From contig CAXXET010000004.1 of assembly GCA_963666115.2 (NCBI GenBank), positions 128,001-192,000 of the forward strand: a DNA stretch of 64,000 bases, read 5' to 3'. A program made the translations under genes and the position numbers. Every line of letters starts with the position of its first letter. Position 1 is the stretch's first letter. This document shows, one piece after another, positions 50,453 to 60,771 of the stretch. The stretch comes from Dehalococcoidia bacterium (GTDB taxonomy: Bacteria > Chloroflexota > Dehalococcoidia > UBA6926). The notes under the pieces were generated by a model that did no database searches, had not been told where the DNA came from, and saw nothing but the letters and a program-made list of their open reading frames with translations.

Positions 50453-51731
50453 ATGGTTGGCCAAAACAGCATCGCCCTCGAACTCGGGCAAAACCTCCCC
50501 CCTGACCTCCTCGAAACATGCCGGACGCTCGGCGACATCGCCGAACCCGGCACGCTATTCATCGTCGGCGGGCGCAATCCGGGACATCCTGCTTGGCAGA
50601 CAGCCCGATGAAGTCGATCTCGTCATCCAGGGCAACGCGGAAGAACTGGCCCAAAGAGCAGTCCAATTCCGCCTTGCCCGCCGCACCGCCGCCTCCCAGT
50701 TCATGACCGTCAAGCTCACCATCGGCGCCCGCGACATAGACCTCGCCACCGCCCGCGCCGAAACCTACGCCTCGCCCGGCGCCCTGCCGGACGTTGCTCC
50801 GGCGGACATCGAGACGGACCTGCGACGCCGCGACTTCGCCGCAAACGCCATCGCCGTCTCCATCGGCTCCATGGATTTCGGCCGCGTCATCGATCCCCAC
50901 CATGGCGTCAACGATGTGCAGGCAGGCGTGCTCCGCGCCCTCCACCCCGCATCATTCCGCGACGACCCCACGCGCATCATTCGCGCCGCCCGTTACGCCG
51001 CCCGCCTCCGGTTCAAGCTCCACACCGAGACCGAAGCGTGGCTCAAGAACGACGCCCCGCTCATCAGAACGGTAGGCCCCGACCGCCTCCGCAACGAGCT
51101 CAACCGGCTCTGGCGGGAAGAAAAGCCCATCGAAGGGCTGCACTTGCTCCAATCATGGGGCGTTCTGGACAACCTCCCCACGGCATCCCAGTGGGTGACC
51201 GGCCTCTACAGTATCTCGCTGTCCGATCGGGAAGAGGCGGCCAGGCCTGATGACGCCGGTGTTGCCGACATCCATTGGGCGCTCATTGCGACGACCATTG
51301 GCAATGAATACGAAACGCTCACCGACGCCTTCCATCTCGCCGGCAGCGCGCAACGCGCCGTCGATGACATCCGCCTCTGGAAAACGACCGGCGCGGCGAG
51401 ATTCCGCGAAGCCTCCGAATCGAATCGCCCAAGCCACGTCGCGGACATCCTCGCCCTCTTTGAGCCCGCCGCCCTCGTCGCCCTCTACCTCACCGGCGAC
51501 GCCCCGGAGGCCCGCGCCATCGCCTCGTATCTCGGCGCGTGGCGGCACGTCCAACCGGAACTGAACGGCAACGACCTTCTTGAAATGGGCGTCCGTCAGG
51601 GCCCGCTCATCGGCAAGTTCCTTGACCGGTTGCGGAAAGACCGCATGGACGGCCTGGTCATGAACAGGGACGGCGAAACGCAGTTGGTCAGGCAGTGGAC
51701 GGGGCGCGGTTCTGCCGCCGCCGGCGGATAG
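50453..51731 (+). CDS. CCA/poly(A) polymerase family tRNA nucleotidyltransferase, frameshift near 50570
   Basis: FIVGG / AIRDILLG..DEVDLV, DLRRRDF..NA, SFRDDPTRI.RA.RY. Confidence 0.88.
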
Positions 51732-52665
51732 CCACGCTCCCCGGCAGCCCCCGCTCCCGCATCGCGACCTCACGCTCCTCCTGGAACAGCAGTTGCTGCG
51801 CGTACGCCGCGTATCTGCCGAATCGCTCCCGCCCCCACGCCGCAATCGCGTCCTCCGGCGTCTTTGCCCCATCCAGGTACAAGCGCGTCACCGCCCGGCT
51901 CACCCACCGGTCAACCGCGAACGCCTCCGTGTGGTCCAGCGAAAACGCGAGGATGCAGTCGGCAATCTTCGGCCCAATCCCCTTGAATGCCAACAGCCCC
52001 GCCTTGGCCTCCTCGTAGGACGATGACCGCAGCGCGCCGAAGTCTATCTCCCCCTCCGCGATGCGGACAGCCGCCGACGCCAGGAACGGCGCGCGAAACC
52101 CTAGCCCGATCTCGCGCAAGCGCCCCTCCCCCAACCGCGCCACCGCGTCCGGCTCGGGAACGCGGTACACCGTCTGCCCCCACGCCGCGCCGCTCACCCC
52201 GCACGCCTCCGCCAGGTTCTGCATATTCCTCTTAATGCGAGGCAAATGGCACTGCGCGCTGATGATGAAGCTCGCAAGGCACTCCCACGGCTCCTGCCGC
52301 AGCAGGCCAAGCCCCGGCCACCGCTCCATCACCTCCGCCAACGTCGCATCTGCCGATAGCGCCCGGCGAATAGCCGTCCGGTCGTCGTCCAGCCTCAGGT
52401 AGCGAACCACCATCCCCGCCGCCGCGCCATCGGACAGCCCCGCGTCGTGCGCCTCAACCTCCAGCGCGCCCCGGCCGTCACCGCCGTCGTCGATATGCCG
52501 GATGCGAACCGGATGCCCATAAACCGTCCCAATCCACCAGCCGCCGTCCTCGCCCTCCGGCGCACTCCAGCCGAATGCCTGCCCCTCATCCAGCGACGCC
52601 GGCAGGTCGAGCGGTGAATCCAACTCGATCCGCGCTGCCTCCCCGCCCGCCGTGTCATCCCCCAT
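51688..52665 (-). CDS. 8-oxoguanine DNA glycosylase (HhH-GPD)
   Basis: GQAFGW, RQEPWECLASFIIS, GLGFRA, KGIGPKIADC, VDRWV, YAQQLLF. Confidence 0.88.
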   Translation of the reverse strand: MGDDTAGGEAARIELDSPLDLPASLDEGQAFGWSAPEGEDGGWWIGTVYGHPVRIRHIDDGGDGRGALEVEAHDAGLSDGAAAGMVVRYLRLDDDRTAIRRALSADATLAEVMERWPGLGLLRQEPWECLASFIISAQCHLPRIKRNMQNLAEACGVSGAAWGQTVYRVPEPDAVARLGEGRLREIGLGFRAPFLASAAVRIAEGEIDFGALRSSSYEEAKAGLLAFKGIGPKIADCILAFSLDHTEAFAVDRWVSRAVTRLYLDGAKTPEDAIAAWGRERFGRYAAYAQQLLFQEEREVAMRERGLPGSVAIRRRRQNRAPSTA

Positions 52666-55501
52666 CGGCGCTGAACCAATCCCGCACCTCGTCGCCCAGT
52701 CGATCGAGCGTCGGCGTCTGCACGTTGGACGTGGGAAGCGCGTCGATGAACGCCGCCCCGTACGCGCGATTCAACACCCGTGAATCTAGCACGATGATCA
52801 CGCCCTGGTCCTTCGTGCTCCGAAGCAGCCGCCCAACGCCCTGCTTGAACCGTAGCAGCGACCGCGGAATCTGGAACTCGCTGAAAGCGTTCTCATACGT
52901 CTCGCCACGCGCCGCGATAATCGGGTCGGACGGCACGTCAAACGGAAGGCGCGTAACGATGAGCGCTTTCAAAGCGTCGCCCGGCAAATCGACCCCCTCC
53001 CAAAAAGCCGCCGCCCCCAGGATGACAATTCCCTTGCGAAGCCGCGCAATCTCCGCCAGCCGGTCAGGCGCCCCGTCGATCCCCTGCCCCAGCACGCTGA
53101 TGTCGCGCTCCCGCAGCACGGAACTGACCGTCGTGTACGTTTGGCGCAGGGAGGCGTGCGACGTGAACAGCGCAAGCACGCCGCCCCCCGTCGCCGTGGC
53201 AACATCCATGATCGCCTGCTGAACCGCCTTGCCGTAGGCGTTGTTGTTCGGGTCCGGCACGTCGGCGGGAACCATCGCCGCCGCCGCATCCTCCGGCCCC
53301 AGCGCGATTCTCACCTGTAGCGTTGCCGGCTCATCGAGCCCCAGCCGGTCGCTGATGAATCCAAAGGAATCGTCCGTCGTCAGCGTCGCGCTTGAAAGCA
53401 CAACCGACTTGCGGTCGGCGAACGGGCCGCTCGCGAGGTGCGGCGCGACGGACATCGGCGCCCAGTGCAGCGAGATGCTGCCCCGCTGATCACGCGGCGT
53501 TTCAAGCCACGTGATGTCCTCATCCTGGTTCACGTCCCGCATGACGGACTGGAGCCGCGCCCTCACGTCGGATAGACGCCGCATCACGTCGTCCACGTCC
53601 GTAGACGGCCCCTGCCGGCCTTGCGCCGTTTGTAGCGCCGATCTCAACCGCGAATCGACTAGGTTGCCGACTGCCGAGAGCGCCGCGTCCAGTTCCTCCC
53701 ATGCTTTCGCGGTCTCCCGCCACTCATCCGTTTCCCGTGCCCGTTCCGTCAACCGCACGGCTTGATCGCCTCCCCGATCCGAGCGCGCCCCCGCGGCCAA
53801 CGCGCCCACGGCCCGGAAGAACTGCCCGGACCGGCTCGTCCCGTTTCGCGCCGCCGCCGCAACCTCCGCGCCCGCCGCCTCGATGGTGGCCCGCTGCGAA
53901 CCCCCAATCTCCTCAGATCCGTTGAGCGCCGCCGCCACAAACCGCGATCCGCCGTCGTCCGAATCCGCCCCAAGCAAGTTGAGCAGCTCGTTCACGTCGC
54001 TGTGAGAGATGCTGAGGCCGTAGTGGTCCGTCGCCTCACGTTCGAGATTATGTGCCTCGTCCAGAATCACGTGGGGAATCTCACCAAGAACATTCCCGCC
54101 GGAAGACGAGTCCGCCAGCAAAAGAGCATGATTCGTGATCACCAGGTGCGCCGCCTGCGCGGCCCTCCGAGCCCGCCCAATGAAGCACAGCCCCTCACGC
54201 TCATACGCGCAGTTGCCGTGCCCCTCCTCCGATCCTGCGGACAGGCTTGACCAGCGCGCCGCCTCCTGCTGGCCCATCGGCAGCTCGCCAAGATCGCCGC
54301 TTTCCGTCGATTCCAGCCAAACCGCAAGCCGCGCATAGAACGCCGCATCGCCGGTTCCCACCTCAAGAGTAGGGTTCCCCAGCCGCGACAGCAGCCGCGT
54401 GATGCAAAGATAATTCCCCCTGCCCTTCAGCACCGCCACTCGCACCTCGTCCGGCGACAGCCCAAGCGCCCGCAACGCGACCGGCACGTCCTTGGCAGCA
54501 AGTTGCTCCTGCAAACCGCGCGTGGACGTGGCCACGACGACCTGCTCCTCGTCCGACTGCGCCCGCCGGATAGCCGGTATCAGGTAGCCCAGTGATTTGC
54601 CCGTCCCCGGCGGCGCCTCCAACAGGAGCGTTCGCCCCGCCTCCTGGATGGCATCCACCGCCCGCGCCATCTCCAACTGCTGCCCGCGCGGCTCATACGC
54701 GCTCCCAAGCGCCAGGGCAAGCCCGCCGCCGGCTGCAAACGCCGCCGCAACCGCTGCGCTCCCGTCCTGGGTTATCGTCATCCTCCGTTGGCGCGTCTCG
54801 GACTCCACGCTCGGCTTGCCAAGACGCTCGGTCAACTGCCGGACAACCCGCTCAGGCCCGTCGCTCGCAATGCCCTGCTGCTGCGCCGCCAACGCGAAGA
54901 CCTGCCCCGCTCGCCACTCCCCCGGCGCGCGCTCCGAAAGTGACCGGATCATCGCCAGCGTGGCCGGCTCAAGCGCGAGAATCCTGTCCCAAAACGCGAG
55001 AAACACCTGCGCCGTCGCCTCCGCGTCCGCCAGTGCCCGGTGCGGGCTCTCGTTCACAACGCCCAGCTCCTCGATGAGCCACGCAAGCGAATGGCTGGCC
55101 GCCGACGGCCGCATGATTCGGGAGAGGTCGAGCGTATCGAACACGGCGCCGCTCGGCGTCACCCCGTTCGCGTTAAGGAAATTAAGATCGAACTGGTAGT
55201 TCTGCCCCACCATCGGCAAGTCGCCGATGAACGCCGCAAGCTCATCCGCAATCGCGGTGAACGGCGGCGCGCCAACAAGATCGGCATCCGTAATGCCGGT
55301 CAGCACGGACACGAAATCAGGAATCGCATGGCCCGGATTGACCAGCCGCTGAAAGCTGTCGACGATCCTCCCGCCCTCGACCTTCACCGCCCCAACCTCG
55401 ATGATGCGGTCGTTCTCCGCGTTCAGCCCCGTCGTTTCCAGGTCAAGGGCAACGAACGCCAGCGGAAACGCCGCCGTGTCGGACGCGCGCGCCGCAGTCA
55501 T
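52655..55501 (-). CDS. dinG: DnaQ-exonuclease/DinG helicase fusion
   Basis: DLETTG...HRALADA; EAPPGTGKS, KGRGNYLC, DEAH, SAT, FWEGVD, QGVGRLLR. Confidence 0.9.
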   Translation of the reverse strand: MTAARASDTAAFPLAFVALDLETTGLNAENDRIIEVGAVKVEGGRIVDSFQRLVNPGHAIPDFVSVLTGITDADLVGAPPFTAIADELAAFIGDLPMVGQNYQFDLNFLNANGVTPSGAVFDTLDLSRIMRPSAASHSLAWLIEELGVVNESPHRALADAEATAQVFLAFWDRILALEPATLAMIRSLSERAPGEWRAGQVFALAAQQQGIASDGPERVVRQLTERLGKPSVESETRQRRMTITQDGSAAVAAAFAAGGGLALALGSAYEPRGQQLEMARAVDAIQEAGRTLLLEAPPGTGKSLGYLIPAIRRAQSDEEQVVVATSTRGLQEQLAAKDVPVALRALGLSPDEVRVAVLKGRGNYLCITRLLSRLGNPTLEVGTGDAAFYARLAVWLESTESGDLGELPMGQQEAARWSSLSAGSEEGHGNCAYEREGLCFIGRARRAAQAAHLVITNHALLLADSSSGGNVLGEIPHVILDEAHNLEREATDHYGLSISHSDVNELLNLLGADSDDGGSRFVAAALNGSEEIGGSQRATIEAAGAEVAAAARNGTSRSGQFFRAVGALAAGARSDRGGDQAVRLTERARETDEWRETAKAWEELDAALSAVGNLVDSRLRSALQTAQGRQGPSTDVDDVMRRLSDVRARLQSVMRDVNQDEDITWLETPRDQRGSISLHWAPMSVAPHLASGPFADRKSVVLSSATLTTDDSFGFISDRLGLDEPATLQVRIALGPEDAAAAMVPADVPDPNNNAYGKAVQQAIMDVATATGGGVLALFTSHASLRQTYTTVSSVLRERDISVLGQGIDGAPDRLAEIARLRKGIVILGAAAFWEGVDLPGDALKALIVTRLPFDVPSDPIIAARGETYENAFSEFQIPRSLLRFKQGVGRLLRSTKDQGVIIVLDSRVLNRAYGAAFIDALPTSNVQTPTLDRLGDEVRDWFSADGG

Positions 55502-56199
55502 CCCACGCCCACGGCATGGAGGTCGTCGGCCCGCTCCTCCCAATACGAAATCGTGCTGCCCCGCAGCAATGAGCCGGTCGGATAATAGCGCCCCGCGCGT
55601 ATCTCCTCGATGAACTCCTCCACGTTGGACACGTCCCGCTCCGTCACAATCGCCCCGGAGCCGATGCCGGACGTCGAATGCGCGTCCCCGCCGCCGACCC
55701 CAATGCGCCCCAATCGCTCCGCCACCTGCAGCGCGAACAGGTTCTCCTGCGCGTTGTTCGCCCCGTTCACAACCTCCAGCTCGTCCGTCAGCTTGAAGAT
55801 CGGGAGATCGGCCGCCTCCTCCAGGCTGTACTGCTTCGACCAGCCGTTGATCCGCGGATCATCGAACATGCGGCGAAAAGGATGTGCCGCGATCATGATG
55901 CCGTCGGACGCCTGCACCACCCGCCGCAGGATCTCAGCGCGGTGAATGCCGGACGAATACCCCGTCAGGCCGAAGCACGTGATGTGCCCCAAATCCGTGG
56001 CCACCTCCATGCCGGGAATGACCAGGAAATCATGCTCGGCGGAGAACCGCTCCATCTGGTAGGAGTCCCAGACCGTGCCGTGCTCCGTCACGCACACACC
56101 GTCCAACCCAACGGCCTTGGCAACCGTCACAAGGTCCTGTGGCGAGAGGCCGCTGTCGGATGAGCCGACATGCGTGTGTACGTGAAGATCCAGTTTCAT
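55498..56199 (-). CDS. PHP-domain phosphoesterase
   Basis: DLHVHT, TEH, GMEV, AHP, GGDAH. Confidence 0.88.
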   Translation of the reverse strand: MKLDLHVHTHVGSSDSGLSPQDLVTVAKAVGLDGVCVTEHGTVWDSYQMERFSAEHDFLVIPGMEVATDLGHITCFGLTGYSSGIHRAEILRRVVQASDGIMIAAHPFRRMFDDPRINGWSKQYSLEEAADLPIFKLTDELEVVNGANNAQENLFALQVAERLGRIGVGGGDAHSTSGIGSGAIVTERDVSNVEEFIEEIRAGRYYPTGSLLRGSTISYWEERADDLHAVGVG

Positions 56200-56266
56200 G
56201 ATGACTAAGACGACATTCGCATTCTACCCCATCCCCGCCCCTATCTGTCATTCACCCTGCCCCACA

Positions 56267-56294
56267 TGTCATTCTGAGCGCAGCGAAGAATCTC
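56267..56294 (+). repeat. REP-like element TGTCATTCTGAGCGNAGCGAAGAATCTC, copy 3
   Basis: Match to 21756 and 33546. Confidence 0.85.
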
Positions 56295-56357
56295 ACCCCG
56301 CCCCACCAAAATCAGTTACCCTGTCCATACTGGCTACGCTCGCCCCGGAGGCCCAAA

Positions 56358-56609
56358 ATGTACCGCATCACCATATCGACGCAGGAACACGGAACCATCC
56401 TGGACCAGGAGCTCATGGGCTTCGTCCTGATCCGAAAGATGCTGTGCGAGCACGAAGACCCCACGCACGAACCGGTGATGAGCATGGAATCAAGAGGCGT
56501 CAACGGCTACGAGCAGATCGGCCTCCTCGAATGGGCCAAAGCCGTAACAACGGCAGACATGCTAACAGACATGGAAGAAGGCCCCGGCCTGGCAGACTAC
56601 CCCAACTAA
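56358..56609 (+). CDS. Hypothetical protein
   Basis: 83 aa, GGAGG SD; no family recognised. Confidence 0.55.
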   Translation: MYRITISTQEHGTILDQELMGFVLIRKMLCEHEDPTHEPVMSMESRGVNGYEQIGLLEWAKAVTTADMLTDMEEGPGLADYPN

Positions 56610-56637
56610 GGTGGGATGGTGGTAGCCTAGAACCTCG

Positions 56638-58635
56638 ATGAGAATCGAACAGATAACCCTAACCTCGTTCCAGTGCTTTGGTGCCGATCCGGTTTCAATC
56701 GACCTTTCCGGCGGCCTGACAGCGTTTATAGGCGAGAATGGCTCCGGCAAGACAGCCGTCATGCAGGCATTGCAGCGGATGTTTGGCACCTCGACCGGCC
56801 AGCGCCAGATTCGGCGATCAGACTTTCACGTGGCCAATGATAAAGAGGCACTGGAGGACGGTTCCAAGCTATCCATTGAAGTGAGGTTGGGGTTCCCGGA
56901 ACTGCTCCGCGAAAACGAAGCGAATGGGAATCCCGCCGATCGCTCTGCAATCCCGGAATTCTTTGACCAGATGGCAGTTGGTGAGGACGGGGGAAGCCCG
57001 AAGTGTCGTCTCTTGCTTGAAGCCACGTGGACGGATAACGGCACGATTGAGGGCGATATCGAGCAAGGCTATTGGGCCATCACTTCTCTCGCCGACAACT
57101 ATCAGGAGGACGACCGGAAGCGAGTGTCTGCGACAGATCGCGCCCGAATCCAAATGGTTTACCTGCCGTCAAATCGAGACGCGACCTCTGAGGTCGCCTC
57201 GTTCCTGCGAGGGACAATTTGGAGGGCGATCGAATGGAGCGAGGATTTCCAAGAAGGAGTGAGGCAGGCGACCAAAAGTCTGTCCGCTGACTTCGCCCGT
57301 GAATCGGGCGTGCGTTACATTACGGCGTCCCTGTTGGGCAAGTGGTCAAAACTATCGGACGGAAACCCGACGGCAAATCCTGAATTTTCTCCGCTTGCCC
57401 AGCACTTCGAGGATTTCATTCGACGCGCAGAGGTTTCATTCAAGCCAGGGCATGACGGCCGTCCTTTGGGACTACAGGAGCTTGGTGACGGCCAACGTGC
57501 ACTGTTTCATATCGGAATGACACTGGCCACCCTGGACCTGGAATCAAAACTCAGGACGGGAGAGGCTCAGGGGTTCAAGGATAATCACGTCCATTTGCCG
57601 GCCCTTACCCTCTTGGCCGTCGAAGAGCCCGAGAACAATCTAGCACCCTTCTACTTGTCTAGGATCATTGACGAAATTCAGCAACTCGCGAGCGATTCCG
57701 AACATGTTCAGGCAGTGATCGCAAGCCATTCGGCAAGCCTGCTTGGCCGTGTAGACCCTGGCGATGTACGCCATTTCAGATTGAGGCAGCCAACTCGAAC
57801 AACAGTGGTCAATGCCATTAGGCTGCCTGCTGAGCCTGAGAATGAGAGCAAGTTCGTGCGAGAAGCAGTGCGGGCATATCCGGAGCTCTATTTCGCTCGG
57901 TTCGTGGTTCTCGGTGAAGGGGCATCCGAACAAATCGTGATTCCTCGAATCGCTGCGGCGCTTGACATCAATATCGACCGATCTTTTGTCGCCGTGGTGC
58001 CCTTGGGTGGCCGACACGTGAACCACTTTTGGCGCCTCCTAGAGGATCTGGACATCCCCCATGCAACCCTGCTTGACCTGGACACAGGCCGCTTCGGCGG
58101 TGGCTGGGGGCGCGTGAAATATGTCTGCCGAGAGTTACTCCAGGGTGGTATCAATCCCAGTGAGTTGCTCGGAGAGAATCCCAAGGAAACTAGTTGGAAT
58201 GAGGTCCTTGAGGCTTTCGATAGACGCCCCTTGGACAAGTCCATACAAGAGTGGATAACTCGGCTACGAGCCTTTGGCGTCTACTTCTCGGAACCGCTTG
58301 ATCTCGACATGATGATGCTGGGCACTTACCCGGAAAACTACTGCGTTGTCCCGGCCAATCGAAGCGGTCCTCAGGGCGGAGCAGAGGAAGAAGCACGAGC
58401 AAAGAGAGCGGTATTGGGAGAGCAGCACCAGACTACTCCTCTCCACGATTCCGGGGACGGGCTATTCGCATGGTACCGGTACCTGTTCCTTGGGCGAAGC
58501 AAACCAGATACACATCTTCGCGTGCTCAGTCAGATTGAGGCCGATACAATTCGCAGCAACGTCCCTGATGTTCTCAGAGCACTCTTGGACCGGGTTCAGA
58601 ATCAACTAAGCAGATCGAATGAGGAGCAGCAATAG
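56638..58635 (+). CDS. OLD-family ATPase/TOPRIM endonuclease (GajA-like)
   Basis: GENGSGKT, LGDGQ, LLAVEEPE, SHS; TOPRIM EGASE and DLD. Confidence 0.88.
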   Translation: MRIEQITLTSFQCFGADPVSIDLSGGLTAFIGENGSGKTAVMQALQRMFGTSTGQRQIRRSDFHVANDKEALEDGSKLSIEVRLGFPELLRENEANGNPADRSAIPEFFDQMAVGEDGGSPKCRLLLEATWTDNGTIEGDIEQGYWAITSLADNYQEDDRKRVSATDRARIQMVYLPSNRDATSEVASFLRGTIWRAIEWSEDFQEGVRQATKSLSADFARESGVRYITASLLGKWSKLSDGNPTANPEFSPLAQHFEDFIRRAEVSFKPGHDGRPLGLQELGDGQRALFHIGMTLATLDLESKLRTGEAQGFKDNHVHLPALTLLAVEEPENNLAPFYLSRIIDEIQQLASDSEHVQAVIASHSASLLGRVDPGDVRHFRLRQPTRTTVVNAIRLPAEPENESKFVREAVRAYPELYFARFVVLGEGASEQIVIPRIAAALDINIDRSFVAVVPLGGRHVNHFWRLLEDLDIPHATLLDLDTGRFGGGWGRVKYVCRELLQGGINPSELLGENPKETSWNEVLEAFDRRPLDKSIQEWITRLRAFGVYFSEPLDLDMMMLGTYPENYCVVPANRSGPQGGAEEEARAKRAVLGEQHQTTPLHDSGDGLFAWYRYLFLGRSKPDTHLRVLSQIEADTIRSNVPDVLRALLDRVQNQLSRSNEEQQ

Positions 58636-60517
58636 GTTGGCTTCCACAGTGAACCCAGATGCATGGCACCCCATCGACGTCGAAGATCTTGAACCAAACG
58701 CTTGGGAGGCCCTAAGGCGCGAAGGCTCAACCTTGGTGCTTGCAGGGCCCGGAGCTGGCAAGACAGAGTTTCTTGCTCAGCGAGCCGCCTACCTCCTGCA
58801 GACAGGGTTGTGCCCCGCTCCATATCGAATCTTGGCCATCAGTTTCAAGCGTGACGCAGCTGCGAATTTGAAGCGGCGAGTGGATTCGCGTTGCACCGTA
58901 AGCGAGGCAAGGCGCTTTGTATCCATGACGTTCGATGCGCTCACCAAGGCAATCGTCGATCGGTTCTGGAATGCTCTTCCAGATGCATGGCGACCGACGA
59001 ATCCTTACGAAATCTACTCCCCTCGGGTGACAGCTATCCGTGGAGTACTCCAGCTAGCTCTGGCCAACGTCGACTCTGCCTGGCAGGCTCAGATTGCAGA
59101 ACTCCAAGAGGGGAGCTTTGAGCAGAGGGCAATTGGCCAGACTAGGATGAATCCTGAACGCCGTGTGCCACAAGATGGCCACGAGTACGCCATTGAACAG
59201 TGGTGGAAGGAAACCCTTGATCGTGAACCATCTTCACTCACTTTCACGTCCTTGAACCGGCTTGCCGAGCTTATCTTCCGGGTGAACCCTGAGGTCAAAC
59301 GCGCTCTGCTTGAGGCCTACCCTTTCGTCTTCCTTGACGAGTTTCAGGACACGACCTATGCCCAATATGGCTTCCTCGAATCTGTGTTCTCTGGCTCAGA
59401 CACCACGGTCACGGCAGTTGGCGACGACAAGCAACGAATCATGACGTGGGCAGGCGCTCACCCAGAAGCGTTTGACGCCTTCCAAAAAGACTTTGAGGCG
59501 GAAAGGGTCCCTCTTCTGATTAACTTCAGGTCTTCCCCTGCCCTCGTCCATCTTCAAACAGTGGTTGGCAGGGCAATCGACCCCAACGCTCCTACACCCG
59601 AATCCAAGGCTCCAAGTCATATAGACGGAGACGTTGCAGAGATCTGGCGATTCCCGACGGATGATAATGAGTCCGAACATGTCGCCGAGTGGCTGAAGAA
59701 CGACATGCGAGACAGAGGACAAATGCCGCGGAATTACGCCCTGCTAGTACGCCAGAAAGCCGACGATTACGAAGCGCAGCTCAAGTGGAACTTCAACGCA
59801 CGTGGTCTGGGTATAAGGAACGAGAGCCATTCGCTCGGTCACACGACGCTACAAGATCTTCTGTCTGAAGACGTCACCGCCTTGGCCCTTTCGCTCCTGA
59901 AGCTGGCCGTCTACAGGCGAGACCCTGACGCATGGGCCATTGTGAATCAGGCATTGCCAGTCCTCCGTGCATTTGATAACGACAATATTGCCGCGCAACG
60001 CACCGCTCAAGATGAATTGACCAGTTACATCAAACATCTGCGGGGTACAGTTGAAGGTGCCCCCGACAGCAAAGCGGTGGAGGGTATCGTTAACAGCCTC
60101 TTTGGTTTCCTCGGCATGGACGCCCTGCTGACGGCTACCACCCGACACCAGGAGACGGAGCAACTGGAAATCATCGTGGAGGCATTCAAGGAGCATCTGA
60201 CCAACTGCGCAAACGAAAGCAAGGATTGGGCTGAATGTATCGACCTCTTCGAGGGCACTCACTCCGTACCCTTGATGACCGTACACAAGAGCAAGGGCCT
60301 CGAATACGACACCATCATCTTCCTGGGACTAGACGATAAGAATTGGTGGAGCTTCGATAGGAATGTCATGGAGGGCCGAGCAACATTCCTCGTTGCGCTC
60401 TCCAGAGCCGAACAACGAGTTATTTTCACTTACGTAGAAGACCGGGCGCGCTCGAAGATCAACGAATTGTATGACCTTTTGAGGGAGGCTGGCGTGCCAG
60501 AGAAGGTCATACCTTAG
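58619..60517 (+). CDS. UvrD-family helicase (GajB-like)
   Basis: AGPGAGKT, DEFQD, VGDDKQRI, NFRS, TVHKSKGLEYD, VALSRA. Confidence 0.9.
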   Translation: MRSSNRLASTVNPDAWHPIDVEDLEPNAWEALRREGSTLVLAGPGAGKTEFLAQRAAYLLQTGLCPAPYRILAISFKRDAAANLKRRVDSRCTVSEARRFVSMTFDALTKAIVDRFWNALPDAWRPTNPYEIYSPRVTAIRGVLQLALANVDSAWQAQIAELQEGSFEQRAIGQTRMNPERRVPQDGHEYAIEQWWKETLDREPSSLTFTSLNRLAELIFRVNPEVKRALLEAYPFVFLDEFQDTTYAQYGFLESVFSGSDTTVTAVGDDKQRIMTWAGAHPEAFDAFQKDFEAERVPLLINFRSSPALVHLQTVVGRAIDPNAPTPESKAPSHIDGDVAEIWRFPTDDNESEHVAEWLKNDMRDRGQMPRNYALLVRQKADDYEAQLKWNFNARGLGIRNESHSLGHTTLQDLLSEDVTALALSLLKLAVYRRDPDAWAIVNQALPVLRAFDNDNIAAQRTAQDELTSYIKHLRGTVEGAPDSKAVEGIVNSLFGFLGMDALLTATTRHQETEQLEIIVEAFKEHLTNCANESKDWAECIDLFEGTHSVPLMTVHKSKGLEYDTIIFLGLDDKNWWSFDRNVMEGRATFLVALSRAEQRVIFTYVEDRARSKINELYDLLREAGVPEKVIP

Positions 60518-60611
60518 CGGCTAGACAATATGCCCCCGCAACTTGATCAAGCTTCCTCAGTCCTCGCCGCACGAGCACCGAGGTATCACTCCCGATACAG
60601 CGCGGGATCAT
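60507..60611 (-). pseudogene. Probable vapC remnant
   Basis: MIPRCIGSDTSVLVRRGLRKLDQVAGAYCLAAKV*; IGxDTSVLVR resembles the PIN N-terminal motif. Confidence 0.5.
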
Positions 60612-60747
60612 AACCCTCGTCCCGCAGCTTCCGGATATCGAACGGCGGCGTGCCCGGCTTGACCTTATCCCGCAGCGTGCCCAGCTTCGAGTAATCGATC
60701 TGTGGCTTGGGCTTGACCTGCCGCTTGGGCTTTGCTTTCGCAGGCAC
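60586..60747 (-). CDS. Small basic protein, possible antitoxin
   Basis: AAGGAG SD before GTG; 53 aa; overlaps the PIN remnant. Confidence 0.55.
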   Translation of the reverse strand: MPAKAKPKRQVKPKPQIDYSKLGTLRDKVKPGTPPFDIRKLRDEGYDPALYRE

Positions 60748-60771
60748 ATCGTTCTCCTTGTCGCGACATAC

